Shown here in pieces: positions 1 through 13,427 of a stretch of DNA of 64,000 bases; positions within the stretch are counted from its first letter, which is position 1; every line of letters starts with the position of its first letter. This DNA comes from Psilocybe cubensis (taxonomy: Eukaryota): positions 372,001 through 436,000 of the forward strand of contig CM039003.1 of NCBI GenBank assembly GCA_017499595.2, given 5' to 3'. Made by a program: the position numbers and the translations under genes. The notes under the pieces were generated by a model. It saw nothing but the letters and a program-made list of their open reading frames with translations, ran no database searches and was not told where the DNA came from.

Positions 1-161
1 ATACCTCAACCCTTCTTGTCGACCTGGCCACACCAGACTTCAGCATGCCTTACAATGTGATCATCTTCACTTGTTCCGTCATTGCATACATATTTGGCAG
101 TATCTTCAATTTGTTAACTCGGCGGTTTGTAATAGTGCACATAGAACCCACCAAATCCTGA
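1..161 (+). CDS. GPI16: GPI transamidase subunit Gpi16/PIG-T, 3' end (partial)
   Basis: Frame from nt 3 reads [42 protein letters not shown]...KS*. The PDFSMPYNV motif plus TM helix is characteristic of the PIG-T C-terminus. Confidence 0.9.
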   Translation, partial: TSTLLVDLATPDFSMPYNVIIFTCSVIAYIFGSIFNLLTRRFVIVHIEPTKS

Positions 162-1585
162 CGATACCGTTTGTAATAAACATAATTTATTCATCCATCT
201 GGTCCGCGGTTTGGCAATAGTATTACCGGCTTTGCGTCCTGTTACGCAATGGTGGCGACAGATAAAGCCCTGCTATGGGTTTAACGAGGTATCGCCTTTT
301 GTTGGCCTGTTCTTTGAAGGCCACACACCGGTAATACTAATCCAATCTCAAGGGCACTACGAGACACGTTTATGACAGATAAGGATGAAGAGCGGTATAT
401 CACCTCTTGAATGGTCCCCGAAGTCCGCGAAGCAGACATCACGGATCTTGAGTGAAGAGTCGAGTCGCTATCGCTATCGTCCTATCGCCCAGACGCCCTC
501 GTTCTCATCCCTAGTTTATCAATGCGCAATCAGTGAGAGCGGAAGCTCGGAATTTCTTTTGCACGGTCCTCCCCTTTCCACATGCGATAGCTCCTCAAAT
601 ATCGCTTTTAGAAGCCATGTTATAGTCCAGTTTCACACGATTTAGGTGTGGCACATCGAGCTACATGATCTTACCGCGCATCACCACGCACCACCTTGGT
701 GTTGTGTTCCTTGACAAATACGTCGTGATAGAAAGGCCGGGCGACGTATGACGAATATAGATGGCCTTGTTAGGATGATCTCGATCTTCGCTTTAACAAA
801 CGGCCAAGGATTTGGTTCCGTTTGAGAGATACTCTAGCACTGTAGCTTCCTCGGGAGAGACGGTCCCTGGCGGTCCTCGATGTTATTGTTTCAAATACCG
901 TCATTGACTCGGTGAGCCCATGATGCCATCCCCTTTTCAATATCATTACGCGGGTTATTGTTATCAAATGTGATATTAATGCAAATAAAGAATGAAAGAG
1001 AATGTTGAAAGGCCGTCGCTTAGTGCCTCTTAGTGCGAGGGTCTTTACCTGCGCTGCCGAACTACCTTTAGCTCGTTAGGATCCTGACGACAGCCTGTTA
1101 AGTGAATAGAAGCCCGTCAAACCATCAATGAACGTTCAAGTGTCAGATTCAGTCGAAAGAGAATCTAAAAAGAAACATATACAAGCCCGAGTCACATGTA
1201 GAAATGGGCAATCAATACCTCAGATGCCATAAACATCGGAACGGAAGGAAAGGAGATCTTATAAAAAACATTATTTACACATGTGGGTAATCCCACGGCC
1301 CTGCTATGAGCGTTGGACGGATGTTGATGGAAGGTTTATGATGGACCAAAGTGCTACGCCCCATCTTGGCCTTTATCCTATCTCTCATTGGAGCTTCCCG
1401 AATTCGCATAAAGTACTTAAGCACCCATGTTTCTTTAGTCTCTCTCCACCGCCCCTTGCTCGCCCCCACTACATATTTCCTCCTCCAAGTCTATTCTTCT
1501 CCCCCGTCTCCCTTCCAAGTACTAGACTTGGCTTTATATAGGAGCCCCCCCAAGACCATCAACTTCTCGAATCACTCGTCATAAC

Positions 1586-2103
1586 ATGTGCCAACAGATC
1601 GCGTATGTCCTCGTTTAACCATGACGTTGTTGCCGTCTCCTAACTTTCATTTGTTTCCAGTGAAGGGACGCGGTGGACTCGTTGTGGGGTATGTTCCTGA
1701 GACCTATTGGCGCCCATATATCCCTGGACCAACCTGCTATATTCATATACAGCACTTCCAACGCCACCTTGTCGTGGCTATCCTCGACTGCAATAAGGCG
1801 CGCTGCGAGCGCAGCTACTCTCACCCCCCAGCGTGTCGGCTGCCAACATGTTATAGTGTAAGTTGGTATCTACCTGGGACGACCGCTAAGGGACCGGCTC
1901 ACAGCGGCGGCGCACCAGTCCCTTGGCGTTTCTCCGTTCCGTTCCAGTCGTGACACTTCATCTAATCTGTTATCTCGATTTGCAATTTTTTTTATCCGCA
2001 GGACTTTGGCCAGGAGATTCAACGTGATATCGACAGAGTGAACGAATATTGCTTCGCCTGTCGCGCAGCGCAAGCTAAAGCTGCTGGAGTTAGACTTACC
2101 TAA
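1586..2103 (+). CDS. Small (~83 aa) Cys/His-rich hypothetical protein, 4 exons
   Basis: Splicing at canonical GT..AG sites gives [83 protein letters not shown]. TATA-like TTTATATAG at ~1532-1541. Confidence 0.8.
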
Positions 2104-3914
2104 GGCGCGGAGGACGCCCAGAACATATATGATACCCCCCTTCGATACTAAACTAATATTCCCTGTCTCTGCATCCCGAGTATCCCCCGACAACGACCAG
2201 ATCAGACCAGTCTCAGCTTTCCCGTGATTCGACGATACCACTCAACCGCATTTCATGTACTATATTATAATTGCATCTTCGTTTTGCTTTTTTTCACATC
2301 TTGTGTTCTCTTGGTTCGTGGAACGTGCTAGAGCCTGAAAGGGTCTCGTTCATGCCATGGCCAACACATCTTTGATTTGGAATATGACGCACTGCCAGGG
2401 CATGCCAGGGTCTGCAATCCTCGCCTCCGGAAAGAAGTCGCCGGGCAGATGTCGTGATCAGCGAGAAAACAGAACAGAAAAGGAGGATATACGCCCTTGC
2501 GCGTGTGTGTATGGAATCGTACGAGAATCCCAGTTTCCGCAGACAGTCCTGCATGCTATACAATGTCTAGTCCTCGGCAGTTACATCCAGTCAGGCTATG
2601 AGTATGATCCTCTGAGATAGAACCCATCGGTTAGAGATAATGCTCCAATATCCGATTGAAAGCCTTCCTTTCTAACACCCGAGCGATAGGTACCCAGGAA
2701 GAAATTTATGTGGCGTTCTGGCAGATTCATATGGACTTGAGAATCCTGATAAGCCCCAACAGTTGGTACACATAGAAGTTTGAGAAGACGCACATATAAA
2801 ATCTTCGAATACCTGAGGCTTCCCGATGTCATTTTTTCAAATATCGTTGTCGAATGATCGAATTTGCTATCAGTTTAGGAAAACTGAAATGTTAATGGAC
2901 AGGCGTCATATTTGCGTTGCATCTATAAACAAACACAGAAGAAAGGTAGATTGCCATCATCTGTATCGGAAAAAAGGAGAGCACAGATAACGACTGAATA
3001 GTCTCTATCGCAAAGAAAGCATCGGCAAAAATACCTTTTGCTCGACATGCATCAGATGGCATAGAATCTCCTGGGTATACAGGCACTCGACATCGCAAAA
3101 ACCGCTCCTGTGACCATCAAAAAAAACAAACCATGGAGAGATGGTAGGTTGAAGAGAACCTCACTTTGGCAGCATGGAAGCCATTTATCGGCCAATAAAA
3201 TGCACCACGACATCGCAATAAAAGATTCGTGGGCCGCCGTCAGAAAATGTTCAGATGACCACAGAATTCGGATTCCGACTTCCGAGAGCACTGCGGAGCA
3301 AAACGGTTGAGCAGAAATCTGCATCGCGTGAGCCGAATGGCTAAGTAAGTGTTCTGCATGGTGGAGAGATTACCAGACTTTTCTGGCCTTCTAAAGTCTA
3401 AAGTTGACGCGTGTGGGTTGGTTGAAGTTGTGTGAACACCACGAGTACTTGTTTTCTTGGCCTTCGGTGGACGAACTTAACCTTCCAGCTACACCTAGTT
3501 ACCAACTCTAGGTTGCAATAGATATGCCAAATGGTGTTTCGCCTCGTTCAAAAACCAGAGACTAGACAGGAACAGAAGGCTGAAAAAGTTGTACAGAGGC
3601 CTCCGACGGTGGATAAAATATAACAAAGAAGGGAATAAACCGCCTTTGAAAATATTCAGGTGCGCAAGTCAAAGTTCATCCTTCGTCACGGTATCCCTTG
3701 GGGAGTAAGCCCTTGCTCACGCAGCACGAGTGGGCCCTCATTAAAACTCTTGGAAACACACAAGACCTCTTCCTGGGTAAACAAAGAGATGCAGTGACAG
3801 AAGAACGACAGCACATGTCGATACGTGGGACGAAGCGTTCAAGAGATGCAGGTAGAATATTTGAATCGGGTACTCTATTCCACAAAGTTGTATCCTCTAA
3901 TACGGCAGATAACT

Positions 3915-4373
3915 TTAGTGGTGGCTGTTCTTGTGGTGCTCTAGGGCGGGATTCAGAAGACAAAGCGTGCTGGAAAGTAAAGAACGTACTCAAGTGCACT
4001 GAAAGGATATATTAGGTCATGAAACCAAGTCACAAACGAAGCCAACTCACTGTTGTAGTCAATGGTATATCCAACGGCGAACAACCCGACAATGAGAGCA
4101 ACGATAGGCTTTCCCGACGCGTTCTTTCCAGAGAAGTAGCGTCCCTTGATACCGCTGACACGCGCTGTTGACTCGCCCTTGGGAAGTTTCGAGTAGAAGT
4201 CGACGAGAGGTCCTAGTCCAGCGCCAGATCCACCTGACTTAAAACCCCCCAAAAAATTGGTAAAAATGAGAGAAAAAGCCCTGTTAAATATAGCGACGCA
4301 CCACAAGTTTAGGAGTAGCAATTTTGGGAGGGATCAGACCCCCGAGCTGGCGGCGGATGAGGGAGGCGTGCAT
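3915..4373 (-). CDS. ATP17: Mitochondrial ATP synthase subunit f
   Basis: Spliced product MHASLIRRQLGGLIPPKIATP...LVDFYSKLPKG...RYFSGKNASGKPIVALIVGLFAVGYTIDYNMHLKHHKNSHH*, matching fungal subunit f motifs. Confidence 0.93.
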
Positions 4374-5723
4374 GGTGAATGTGCTGGTCAACGTCGGACG
4401 GTGTCGGAGACAGCGGGTAAGTATTTGGTACTATTTGCAATTTGGCGTGACCGTCATCAAATCACGCGTATTGATTCCAATAGTCACACAAGTCACATTT
4501 GTTCTTAGTCACGCTACAGCTTGACTTCTTTCTCCATCAAGTTCTTAATCGGACGCACCAGTCAAGAAATAACGCTACTGGTAAGGTTTAGAATGATAAA
4601 AACACATAACTTTTATGCTTACTGGAGCTAGTGAAATGTTGCATGACCAACGTTCTAATGCAGTCTAATGGGAGAACTAAAAACTCTGCCAGAACTTGAT
4701 GGAAACCCTTCGGAATGCGATGGCGGCTAACCCACAGGCAAGTTTCTTGTCCAGTCCTCTTCTAATGGTCTGTGATTCTTACTTCTCTATTTAGCAGACA
4801 ACTAACTTGCAGGTCCGTACATTTTCAAGGTAAGCTTCGCCGACAATCACTTGCAATACTTTGTCGCTATAAAAGGTATTATAGAGATTATATATTTCTA
4901 TAGACTATTCGTTCATGTGGGTGTCGGCACAAAAGAATACGTCTACATTCCCAACAAAAACAAATGATACAAGGCCCGCTTTCTTGGGACTAGATCGAAT
5001 ATTATTTCTGGAAATGACGACAACCATTGCTAACAAATGACCTGCCACATACGATTCACAACCTCTCTGACATGAATCAATGTGGGTATCATTTTCCCTT
5101 TTCCTTATGCCTGAATGGACAAACCCCGCGCCCGTGAACCAGGTGATCATTGCTTTTCTGCCGTTTTCGGAGAGGAAACTCGAGGCTTTGTCAATCTCCA
5201 CTCCACCCCCACACACAGATACGAATAAACCAAATAATCACCTGGTTGTTTTTGATCTGCGGCAGAGTGAACCGAGATTACCAACTCACGGAGTGAATCA
5301 AGCCTCATAGTTTAGCGTATTTGACAAGTTTACCCCACTGCCTGGCGTTTAGCTCTACTTGGGATCAAGGCCCTACGACGACTAATAATAAACAAGTCAC
5401 TTACACAAAGAATCGGACATTGAGTATGGTTAAGTTACTCAGTCTTTTGTGGCGGAAGGTTGTACCTGGAAGATTCCGACAACAATGAGTGTATTACTCG
5501 TCGAGGTCTTATCCGGACGGATCCTGGTGTGTATAGGTACTACAACATAAAGGGGAAAAATGTTTGTCGTAGACACCGGTAGATGTAGTGGAGTGGGAAG
5601 TACTATCACGGAAGGAACTTTCAGGGCAAAGAATAACGGAAACTCCTCTTCGGCAGTGAGTTCATCCCCGACTAAAATCTATTCTTTAAAGCCTTGACAT
5701 CATACTCTAGACTCAAAAAAAGC

Positions 5724-8700
5724 TTAAATCTGAAGGCTTCTCGACTGTATGTCATGTGCTTTTTCTCGTCCAAAATACGCGACTTTTACTCGCCTCCCTT
5801 TCAACCCCCGTGCAAACACAATCTGAGGATCGTCAGGGACCAGATCGAGAGCGTTATCGCTCCAATGAACAACGGGTTCTACGTCTCCGTCCACCGATAG
5901 CACGACACATTTAGCTGGACTCTTCACGCTCAGTGCAAGCGTCGTCTCATCGTCAAATACACTTTTCACTTCCACTAGCAATCCTGGATCAGGCGGCTGC
6001 AGAAACCTGTACGGCTCCGGCCAGTCCGAATAGCGAGCCAAGACCTCTCCCGATTCGACGTCCAGAAGTCGGGCGCTAGCGACCACATTCGCAGAAGACA
6101 CTCCTAATGGGTCACCCGGCGAAAGGCTTTTGCGGTGGGCAGGCCCGGGACATTTCATTTCCAAAAGTTCCGTCGTCTGGTTTGGTTGTAACACGACGGT
6201 ACGTGTTTCCACCAGGCACTCGTCAGGTGAGCGCAGATCGAAGAAGCAGAGTTCTAACTTTGCGGGCCGTGCCTTGAGTGTGTTGTTGGTGCCCCACACC
6301 GAGAGTGTGGCGTACAGTGTTTGCATAGCTCCAAACTCGTAGAACTGATATATCGAACAGTATGTCAGATGTGCAAGAGGTTCAAAGCTGACTGTGTTTA
6401 ACCCTACCTGACGAGGTCTATCATTATCCCGATTCTTGACGACCTGTAAATAATGATTTCAGTCGACTGTTAATTAGATACAGGTATATCGTTACATTTC
6501 GGAAGATTCCGACTGTGATGGGCGCTAATTGTCGGGCAATGGTATAATAGACAGGCTTTGGGCGCAACTAGAGAAATATGAGCATATCATATCTGCCAAT
6601 TAGACCACTACCAGGCTCACAAAATAGTCAGCAATTGCCCATGATACTACCGGCCAACAGTCGTTTGATTGCCATACGAGTACACCCGCCGTCTGAGTTT
6701 TTGTGACGGTTCAGAAAATGACTGATCCAAATGGACATAGTCACATACATATTCGCGACCTCGACCGCGCCATTCACGTCTCCAAGAACGGTATGCGAAG
6801 CTCACTGCCTCAGACTGCATTAACTGCGTGGTATACACGTGGCTGTATAGAAGCAAACATCATTAAAAGAAATGTTGCCGTTGGATACACTTACGTCTCA
6901 AAGTCGCTAGTCAACCGAAAATTCTCGTTCATGACAATCGCAAATCTCCTCTCAAAACTTCCAGCTTTGGTATGCTGCGCCATAAGCTGTGATTGAGAGT
7001 AGAACTGATATTTATCTGCCCCTTGCATCCAGTAATTGATAGTCTGCATGGAGGGCATGCCAGGTATACCAAATTCACTGGCGTAAAAAACAACAGTTCG
7101 TTGAATTGAAGGTAAATATTTGATTGACCGTACCTGACAAAGCGACCTCCGAGCTTATCATATTCTTGATATTGCAGCTCCTTCCCTCCCCATACGTTCC
7201 ATTGGTGGACGTCCCCGATTGTTGGATCAGCAGTGTCCCAGCCTTTTCCGCCATATGGCGATCCTCGATGATATGGGACAGGTGGATCCGTCAGCTCAGA
7301 CACAATCTCCGGAAATACATGCTCATATAGTATTCGCGCTGGGAGCTCACCAATGCCTGTAAAGTGGGAACATTAAGATGTAAATGACTGACTAATACTC
7401 AATTTCAAAGCGCACCTCCCCACTGTAGAACCATTTGATAATCTTCGTTATTTCCACAAAAGCATACAATAGACGGATGGCGGCGTAGTCGTGTGACATT
7501 GTCTATGGCCTCCTGCTTCACGCTGGCCACAAATGCGTCGTGGGCAGGATAAACGCCGCAGGCAAACTGGAAGTCTTGCCAGACGAGTAGACCAAGTTCT
7601 GTCCAGTTGAATTCGTGAGAAAAAGTCACCAACTTGATTTGGGGATAGTGCATGTACCGTCGCATATGTCGTAGAAGATGTCTGGCTCGTATACGCCTCC
7701 TCCCCAGAGACGAACCATGTTCTGGTTTCCATCACGAAGAAGAGTGAGCCACCTGTGATAGCGGTCGTCCGATATTTGGGTAAGGAAATTGTCAGCCGGT
7801 ACCCAATTAGAGCCTAAGCGATGCAACTTCATTCATGCGCTGGAGCTCCACCAAGGGTCATCTCACCTCCCATGAACATGCGAACCCCATTGATCTCAAA
7901 CAAAAATGTTGTTCCTGTGCCATATTGGTCTGGCTCCAGTAGAGGCTCCTGGATAAGTTGAGCAGTCCGGAAACCAAACCGCTGACATCTTTCATCGATT
8001 ACTGCGTCATTCTAGAATGACTCTTAGTTCTATAGGATTTTCGGAGTAATGAAAAGCAACTCACAGGGGTGACTAGTACCACTTTGATATTGTATAAATT
8101 TGGCTTGCCGTAGCCGACCGGCCACCACAGATCGATGGTATCGTTTTGTAGGTTGGACCATTCCACAGCTGACTTTTGAACAAAATTCGAATGCGATTCA
8201 CCACTGTCCCATCCATTAACTTCTACACGTTCCAATTTAATTACCTGCCGCTTGCTATCTTCCAATGTGATGACGAGCGCACTTCCTGGAATCTGTGTCC
8301 CTTCCAGGTTTATGTCGACTTTGAGAGCTGCAGTAAAGGTTCCGTCGGACTTGATATCAACAGCCGTGCGCGTATGAAAGTCCAAAATGCGAGAGGTGTA
8401 AGTGACGAGCGTTATTGGACGGTACGGTCCACAAGTCATCAATTCTGGACCCTGTCCTTTCGTGAATACTCTAATATTATTAATTTCAAACTGCATTTAC
8501 CCAGTCCCATCTGAGATGTCATGAGAACGCATCAAGTTGAAATGAAGAATGGCACGCCCACCTCCAGTCATATTGTGCTTTACGGACGTAGACGCGGCTT
8601 GGGTCACCCAAGTTGGTTGATCCTGCTCGCACCTTTCCGTATTTCGCCTCCTCAGCCTTGGCAAGTGCCTTTGCAGATTTGAAATGCAACAGAAGGGTGT

Positions 8701-9248
8701 GGGTGCTCCTGGCTGACGAGAATGGTAACAGCTGATGGATATAAGTGCGAAACATGTTATCTGTGGATAGTATCTTCTCTTGATCCTAAAGGTGACCCAT
8801 TGCACTTTTCATTCAAATGATAAACCGTGCTCCTTGTTGCTTACCAGGTATATATCGCATATCGTATCCAGCCCTTCAAATACGAGCTTTGCAAATTTAC
8901 CTGCGAAAGCACTATCCACCGTAAAATCACATTTGTATAGCCATTCAACGTCCCCAATCCCTGTAACAAAGACGTTGAATCATATCAAACTTGACAACAT
9001 ACGCAAAACTCACACTGAACGGCATGTTCATTGAAGCCAACGTATGGGTCTGGTATCGCACCTAATTTCAGTAGCTCGACATGAACTTCGGATGGAAATG
9101 ACGTTGTTTTCTTCCAGCTAGCTCGAAAGTCTGCCTCTGGTGCGTTGCCTTGATTTGATTCGTCACGGACATCGATGATGGATGCATCTCGCTGCTTCCA
9201 CCACCAATCCTGCTTGCCAATATCGAGATAAGTGCTCGATGGATCCAT
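5724..9248 (-). CDS. Glycoside hydrolase family 2 beta-mannosidase-like enzyme (no signal peptide seen), multi-exon
   Basis: Motifs IPDPY, RKAQYDW.WDWGP, LWWPVGYG, GSNWVPAD, NMVRLWGGG, VWQDFQFACG, FCGNNE, GDVHQW, SEFG, LVWQ.NDCWP across exons. Confidence 0.93.
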
Positions 9249-9471
9249 GTCGGATAGATGGGAAGGGAAAAGATTCCGGCGCGCTTTATTTACGCTTCGT
9301 GTGTGTCGTTGTTGTGGACCGCGAAGATCTGTAAAGTCGGCTGACCTCTTCGTGATGACTGTCGGGTGCTTATGGCCCGGCTTCGCACAAGTTGCAACAC
9401 TAGAGCAGCAACGCCACAGTATGATTATTATTATCGCCCGTGTCGAAAATAAATTCCATTAATGATTATAG

Positions 9472-10668
9472 CTAGTATCTGAAAACCGCATACTTGGTCT
9501 CTCCTTCTTGTAACCAGTAAAGATTATCCTTCGTCTTGGTCCACTTCCCGAGTGTATAAACGAAACCGATAATCCCTGCTAAATACATTGCTTTGATGTC
9601 TATGTGGAAAATGAATATAAAATACGGAGAAGCAAAATAGAAACTCACAATTTCGATATTTGGCATGCCTCCGCAATTCATATCCTATCATTGGAATACC
9701 CATCACGTTACAGAATATGTGGGCAGTGATAGGTGGCAAAATCGACCCAGTCCGAAGAAACAAAAATGACGCGTAGAATCCGAAAAGAGATGTATACGAA
9801 AGCTGGAATACTGTGCAGGATATGAGCTGAGAACGTCATGTACAGTGGAGTACGTACAAGTGCCAAACAGTGCCACCTTGGCCGCGTCCCAGTCGCCGCC
9901 TTTCGCATAGAACGTGTCGATCGCGTGGTGTACATGCGCCAGTCCAAATAGGAGTGGGCTCCAAAAGATCATGCGCATGTTAGATGCGCCTGACATGTGG
10001 TAAACAGCGAGAATGCAAGCCCTGAAGACGACTTCTTCAGTTATAGGACCCTGTAGAGAATAAGCTAACGATTTGTGAAGAAGAGAAGACACATACGATC
10101 CAATAATTTCGGATACCATGAAGACTGAAGAATCTGCCAACAATGTGAGACTGCCACCTCCAGTTCCTCTGTCCTGGGAGTTCGTGGCTAAGAAACCCGG
10201 CAAACAGGGGTCCGAGAAAAAGAAGAGGTGTAATGAGGTGAGGTAATATACTGGGTATGTTGGTGGTTATAGGACCAATAGATGCGATGGGGAAACCAAG
10301 TCGCAGCATTACGGAATCGAGTACAATGTCCAAGGACTAAAGCGTGTTCAAGGTTTGAACTTAATCAGCAGGTTGAACGAACTCACCGTCATCCTCCAAG
10401 ACACACTCTCCCAGACCACACCTAGCACAGCTAGGCAACATGCAACTGTTGCAATGCTGACTGCAAGCAGTCGTGCCCTAATGACATCTGGCTCGTCACG
10501 CATTGCCACGTTCGGTCTTCGAGGCTTCGCTCCCTTCCCATTGAGCGAAATGCGGGCATTCTTCGACAAGTATAGGGATCCAACATAGATACAGGCAAGC
10601 CCAAGTGATACGTAGTGAGCAAATGAAGTCGTAATGAGTGGCTTTGGAAACAAAAGATGGTTTAACAT
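9472..10668 (-). CDS. RCE1: CAAX prenyl protease 2 (Rce1, Abi/CPBP family)
   Basis: Motifs [29 protein letters not shown] and HIFCNVMG; multiple TM segments. Confidence 0.92.
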
Positions 10669-11332
10669 AGTGTCCTGAACAGAAACAGTCAGAGTTAGGT
10701 GTTGTCCCATTCCCACTCTGTTAGCCTACCTTCTTATATTTTCAAGTCAGTGCCCCGTCTGGGTGCCACCCACGACGCAAAATGAGAGTAAAGGCCACAA
10801 CGGCACGATAATGAGGGTAGAAGACAAAGTTCATGGTGCCGGTGCCAGCGCCGGCCAATTATTTTCGGCGCTTCAGGGGGACCACGTGTTCTACCGGTGC
10901 CATTATATTAGGCAAAAATTAGGCTGAAGTTTCAAAGAAAGAAAAGATATTGATGACTGATCATTATTAACATGAGTGTTGAAGGTGACGCCTAATTTGA
11001 AGCCTTTATTTTGAAAGAATTGCATTTGTACTAGTAGTTGCACCTCTTTAAGATCGTCCGAAGGCCAATGCCTCAAACATGTGCTCAGCACAAATACAAA
11101 CAAGGGCCACGGTTATGATGAGACACAATGAGTACGTTATACACTTCATGAATCTTGGATGTGTGGCATTTACCAATGGCCAAACCAACTAGACAACAAT
11201 CAGAAAATCGTTGGAGTACTGCCTAACCAGGACGACAGTTATCAAAGAAAGTTTGAATAATCTATTGCTCGATTACGAAATAAAAACGCAGCTGTTAACA
11301 TTTGTATCTTTACGGGAAAGATATTTTCAGCA

Positions 11333-13123
11333 TTACGCAGGCAAGCGGAGGCCTAGGTTGTCAGGGGAAGCCAATGTATCGTCTGCAGCACTGGCGAGAT
11401 GTCCACCGAAACCAACTGCACCGTTCTTGGCACGGAACTCTGCGATACGGCGTTCGACTTCAGGTCGGAAATGACGCATGAGACCCTGGATGGGCCAAGC
11501 AGCAGCATCTCCCAAAGCGCAAATGGTGCGACCTTCAACTTGTTTTCTGAAAGAGAAGAAGAGCTATGTAAGATCATATTGCCATCGAAAGTGAGCAAAA
11601 AAATCGTACGTGAGCTCAAGGAGCATGTCAATCTCGCGCTGGTGACCGCGACCCTCAACCATGCGATCCATCATGTTCATCATCCATGTTGTGCCTTCAC
11701 GACATGGAGTGCACTGACCACAAGACTCGTGCTTGTAGAATTGAGAGAATCGCGCAATGGCCTTGACGACGTCGGTACTCTTATTCATTACGATGACGGC
11801 ACCAGTTCCAAGACCAGATCCAGCATCCTTAAGTGAGTCGTAATCCATCCTGCACGGACCTCAATGAACCAGGGATAACATGAAGAATGAAAATACTTAC
11901 AGGACTTCGCTGCACATGTCAATGGGGAGTATAGGGACAGACGAACCGCCTGGTACGATTCCGAGGAGGTTGTCCCATCCTCCAATAACACCACCACAGT
12001 GTTTCTCTATAAGGTCTTTCAAAGGAATACTCATTTCCTCCTCAACGACGCAGGGGTTGTTGACGTGTCCACTGATGCAGTAAAGTTTTGTCCCCTGATT
12101 TCTGGCGCGTCCGAAGCCGGCAAACCAGCTAGCACCACGCCTGCAAATGGTGGGAGCAACAGCGACAGTCTCGACGTTGGCCACAGTGGTTGGGCAACCG
12201 AAAAGACCAACGTCAGCAGGGAATGGAGGCTTGAGACGGGGTTTTCCCTGCTTTCCCTCAATACTTTCGATGAGGGCAGTCTCTTCACCACAAATGTATG
12301 CACCGGCGCCGCGGTGAACGTAAACGTCGAAAGAATATCCAGAGCCGCATGCATTTTTTCCGAGGAAACCAGCAGCGTAGGCTTCATTGATAGCTTGCTG
12401 GACGTGCGACGCTTCTTGGTAAAACTCTCCACGAATGTAGATGTAGGCGGCCGTGGCGTTCATACCACGACCAGCGACGAGGCATCCCTCAATAAGCTTA
12501 TGAGGGTCTCCGCGCAAAATTTCACGATCTTTGCAGGTTCCAGGTTCACCCTCATCAGCGTTGATAACAAGATAGCGGGGTCTTCAAGCGCATCTATGAG
12601 AGAAACCTATGTGGAACACTGTTGAATTACTCACCGGGGGTCCTTCTCCCATCCTGGTTTGTTCATGAAACTCCATTTCAGTCCACTGGGGAAGCCAGCT
12701 CCTCCTCGTCCACGAAGACCTGAGTCCTTAATATTCTGAATAATCCATGAGTCTCCTTTGAGAATAATGTCTTTTGTACGATGCCAGTCGCCACGAGACT
12801 ATGGTTGTAATGTGTTACTCCCTACATGTTGTGTGAATAATATTTCCATGCTCACCATAGCCCCTTTTATGCCATGGTCATGTCGACAATATGCGTTGGT
12901 GAAAATTCGGTCTTGATCCTTCAGGCCACCATATCTTCGAACAGGGGGTTCAGCAGCGGTCGCCAATGAGCGGCTGGTTCGAAGTTTTGCGCGGAATTGC
13001 TTCGAAAATCCTGACATATAACCGTAAGTTAATTAGATATATTAAAGGTATAAAAGTCTTACTTGTCGTGCGCAACAACGCCTGAGACGACGAAGACGAG
13101 GCCTTCAACATTGTGCTCGTCAT
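11333..13123 (-). CDS. NDUFV1: NADH:ubiquinone oxidoreductase 51-kDa flavoprotein subunit
   Basis: [64 protein letters not shown]. Start is ATG 13123 or 13111. Confidence 0.97.
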
Positions 13124-13427
13124 CGTTGGTAGCGATGAGCTGCAGCGGCATTTCTCGGGAATGGTTCTCAATTGATTATGTAATTTTACTTCTAAGTTGC
13201 TGTTTTTGGCTTGCGTGATTCGGGATTTAGTACACGTGACGGAACAGCCTCTACTGACGCGTCGCGTTCTCAAGGAAAGAAGGGGCCAACGAAATGCTAC
13301 AAGTCTCCTGGCGTATTGAGTATCATTTTAAAACCTTTCAAATTTTATCTCTGATACAAGTTGTTAATTTTATTGATCTAATGTTGGTGTACAGACATTT
13401 AGCCTACTAGTACTGGTGGCCCAACAT

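Noticed and set aside
2290-3900. Several 60-110 aa ORFs on both strands
   Set aside because: No recognisable motifs and no coherent spliced model; likely chance ORFs.
11399-12625. Long + strand ORFs (145 and 208 aa)
   Set aside because: Antisense shadows of the codon-biased NDUFV1 gene.
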